DNA of 64,000 nt from Candidatus Baldrarchaeum yapensis (GTDB lineage Archaea; Asgardarchaeota; Baldrarchaeia; Baldrarchaeales; Baldrarchaeaceae), in contig JAEOSH010000002.1 in assembly GCA_016840465.1 (NCBI GenBank), positions 36,782 to 100,781 on the forward strand. The letters run 5' to 3'. Shown here piece after piece: positions 62,059-64,000 of the stretch. The translations under genes and the position numbers were made by a program. Within the stretch, counting starts at the first letter, position 1; every line of letters starts with the position of its first letter. The notes beneath the pieces are model-generated. The model was not told where the DNA came from, ran no database searches, and saw only the letters and a program-made list of their open reading frames with translations.

Positions 62059-63375
62059 ATGGAACCCTTAGGAGACTGGAGAAGAACGCATTGGTCATCT
62101 GAGATAACGCCTGCTTTAGACGGAACCACGGTCACTGTATGTGGGTGGGTTCACAGAATAAGAGACCTAGGACGATTGGTTTTTATCGTTTTAAGGGATC
62201 GGGAAGGAGTCGTACAAATAACAATTCCGAAAGACAAGGTTCCCGAGCACACATTTGAGAAGGCAAAAAAACTCATCCGTGAAGATGTCATAGCCGTTCG
62301 CGGGAAAGTTCGCTTTTATGAAAAAGCGCCCAACAACGTTGAAATAATAGCAAATGAGATAAGGATTCTAAATAAGGTTTCACCGCCACTGCCCCTAGAT
62401 CCCGCGGGAGATGTAGATGCGGACCTTGATACTAGACTCAATGCCAGGATAATAGATTTACGACGACCGCAAACTTTCGCAATTTTCCGAATAAATCATA
62501 TCGTATTACAAAGCATTAGGGAGTTTTTGACAAATGAGGGTTTCATCGAGGTGAACACGCCTAAAATAATAGCAACTGCAACTGAGGGAGGGACTGCGCT
62601 TTTTCCTGTTTCGTATTTTGGAAGACAGGCTTTTCTGGCTCAGAGTCCCCAACTTTATAAGGAAGAATTAACGGCAGCACTAGAGAAAGTATTTGAAATA
62701 GGACCCGTATTTAGAGCCGAAGAGCACAATACCACTAGGCATCTATGCGAGTTGGTGATGGTGGATTTAGAATGCGCATTTGCAACCGCGGATGATGTCA
62801 TGAACATCCTAGAGAGATTGATAGCTCATGTGTTTAGGGAAGTAAAGAGTAAGTGTAGCAAAGAACTAAAGATCCTTAACAGAGAGGATCTCGAAGTTCC
62901 GGGTACTCCATTTCCACGATATACATACACGCAAGTTCTCGAGTTACTAAGAGAGCATGGAATCGAAATTCCGTGGGGAGAGGACCTTCCGACACCTGCG
63001 CTTAGGAAATTAGGGGAAATCCTTAAGGGGCCTTATTTTATAACCGAGTGGCCTACCGAGTCAAAACCATTTTACATAAAACCCAAAGATGAGGATCCCA
63101 AAGTTTCCGAATCCTTCGACTTCATGTGGGGATGGCTCGAGTTAGCATCAGGCGGAACAAGAATTCACAACAAAGAACTCCTGATTAAGAGATTGAAAGA
63201 GCAGGGACTTAATCCTAAGTCATTTGAGTATCATTTGAGGGTTTTCGACTGGGGGATGCCGCCTCATGCCGGATGGGGATTAGGGCTTGCAAGATTACTG
63301 ATGGTAATATGCAACGTTAGAAATATAAGAGAATGTGTCCTCTTTCCTCGAGACAAAAGTAGACTTGTTCCTTAA
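62059..63375 (+). CDS. aspS: Aspartyl-tRNA synthetase (archaeal/eukaryotic class IIb)
   Basis: OB-fold N-terminus; [11 protein letters not shown] motif 2; GGGIGLERLLM-like motif 3 ([11 protein letters not shown]). Confidence 0.85.
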   Translation: MEPLGDWRRTHWSSEITPALDGTTVTVCGWVHRIRDLGRLVFIVLRDREGVVQITIPKDKVPEHTFEKAKKLIREDVIAVRGKVRFYEKAPNNVEIIANEIRILNKVSPPLPLDPAGDVDADLDTRLNARIIDLRRPQTFAIFRINHIVLQSIREFLTNEGFIEVNTPKIIATATEGGTALFPVSYFGRQAFLAQSPQLYKEELTAALEKVFEIGPVFRAEEHNTTRHLCELVMVDLECAFATADDVMNILERLIAHVFREVKSKCSKELKILNREDLEVPGTPFPRYTYTQVLELLREHGIEIPWGEDLPTPALRKLGEILKGPYFITEWPTESKPFYIKPKDEDPKVSESFDFMWGWLELASGGTRIHNKELLIKRLKEQGLNPKSFEYHLRVFDWGMPPHAGWGLGLARLLMVICNVRNIRECVLFPRDKSRLVP

Positions 63376-63383
63376 GAGATCCA

Positions 63384-63791
63384 TCAACGGTAACTCTTTT
63401 GAAATCGCGCTCTTGCACTCCTTCCGCCGAATTTTTTAGGCTCGGTCCTCCGAGGATCTCCAACAAGCATTGTTCTGTCATACTCTAGAAACTTCCGTTT
63501 CAGTTCTTCGCTTTTCATCCATTCAACGAGCCCTCTTGCTATGGCGATACGTGCCGCCTCTGCCTGTCCCATGAATCCTCCGCCCTCGACTTTCACATCT
63601 ATATCCACTTTACTAACTATTTCCTCCCCTGCAAGAAGCAACGGTTCCATAATCTTCCATCTTGCAAGTTCGGGTTGATATATCTCGACTGGTATGTTGT
63701 TTATTCTAACTCTGCCCTTCCCTTCCCTTATCACGGCCCTGGCAATTGCAGTTTTTCGTTTTCCACTCGATAGTATTATGTTCTTCTTCAA
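63384..63791 (-). CDS. rps9: Ribosomal protein S9
   Basis: [20 protein letters not shown]...[15 protein letters not shown]. Confidence 0.9.
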   Translation of the reverse strand: MKKNIILSSGKRKTAIARAVIREGKGRVRINNIPVEIYQPELARWKIMEPLLLAGEEIVSKVDIDVKVEGGGFMGQAEAARIAIARGLVEWMKSEELKRKFLEYDRTMLVGDPRRTEPKKFGGRSARARFQKSYR

Positions 63792-64000
63792 TTTTCACCA
63801 CCAGCCATAGATTTAGGGGGATTCCATCCTATTTGACGAGAAAGTTCAAAAATAGTTATGTACTTGCCTCTTAATCTAGATGCATCTGCGATCTTTAATT
63901 TTTCTTTAGGTACATCTTTGAGTTCTTCGGGTACACCTATGAAGACACGTAATCTCTTATACGCCATTCTCCCCCTCCATGTTTTCCAAGGAAGCATTCC
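63788..64000 (-). CDS. rpl13: Ribosomal protein L13 (C-terminal part; gene continues beyond window end)
   Basis: C-terminal L13-like sequence ...[26 protein letters not shown]; the ORF is open to the window edge. Confidence 0.75.
   Translation of the reverse strand, partial: GMLPWKTWRGRMAYKRLRVFIGVPEELKDVPKEKLKIADASRLRGKYITIFELSRQIGWNPPKSMAGGEN

Overview
This 64-kb window is an archaeal chromosomal segment of about 42% GC, densely packed with mostly minus-strand information-processing genes. I could not assign a lineage: the ftsZ-secE-nusG-rpl11 order is euryarchaeal/DPANN/Korarchaeota-like, while the tRNA introns need a relaxed-specificity splicing endonuclease.

The main gene groups are:
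- Classic translation/transcription clusters: DUF359-S24e-S27ae-Bud32; Spt4-Rpo7-PIN-eIF2gamma-S6e; L7Ae-S28e-L24e-ndk-aIF5B; ftsZ-secE-nusG-L11-L1-L10-L12; L39e-L31e-aIF6-LX-prefoldin alpha-ftsY; S19e-Rnp4; and the long S17...L15-secY-DUF106-cmk-L34e-L14e-cbf5 block.
- Housekeeping enzymes: RtcA, Ogt, endonuclease V, translin, RibK/RibL, Ham1, IPK, DGGGP synthase, TiaS, deoxyhypusine synthase, ValRS, AspRS, OTC, UMP and CMP kinases, Nep1, Nob1, Alba.
- Four tRNA genes: Ile-GAU, Ala-CGC, Leu-CAA and Ser-GGA.

The most striking observations come from reading the sequence:
- infB (aIF5B) is interrupted by a 30-nt insert with two in-frame stop codons. The insert and its flanks fold into a textbook bulge-helix-bulge (BHB) motif, so it is a candidate tRNA-endonuclease-type intron in a protein-coding gene.
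- tRNA-Leu carries a 28-nt intron at non-canonical position 30/31.
- tRNA-Ser appears to carry two mini-introns of 19 and 13 nt.
- An unusual polytopic membrane protein with a cytoplasmic wHTH + Roadblock/LC7 tail is co-oriented and tightly spaced with a small hypothetical protein upstream and deoxyhypusine synthase downstream.

Two small r-protein genes missing from the ORF track, L39e and S14, were found by hand.

All calls are from manual translation and motif recognition; no searches were run.
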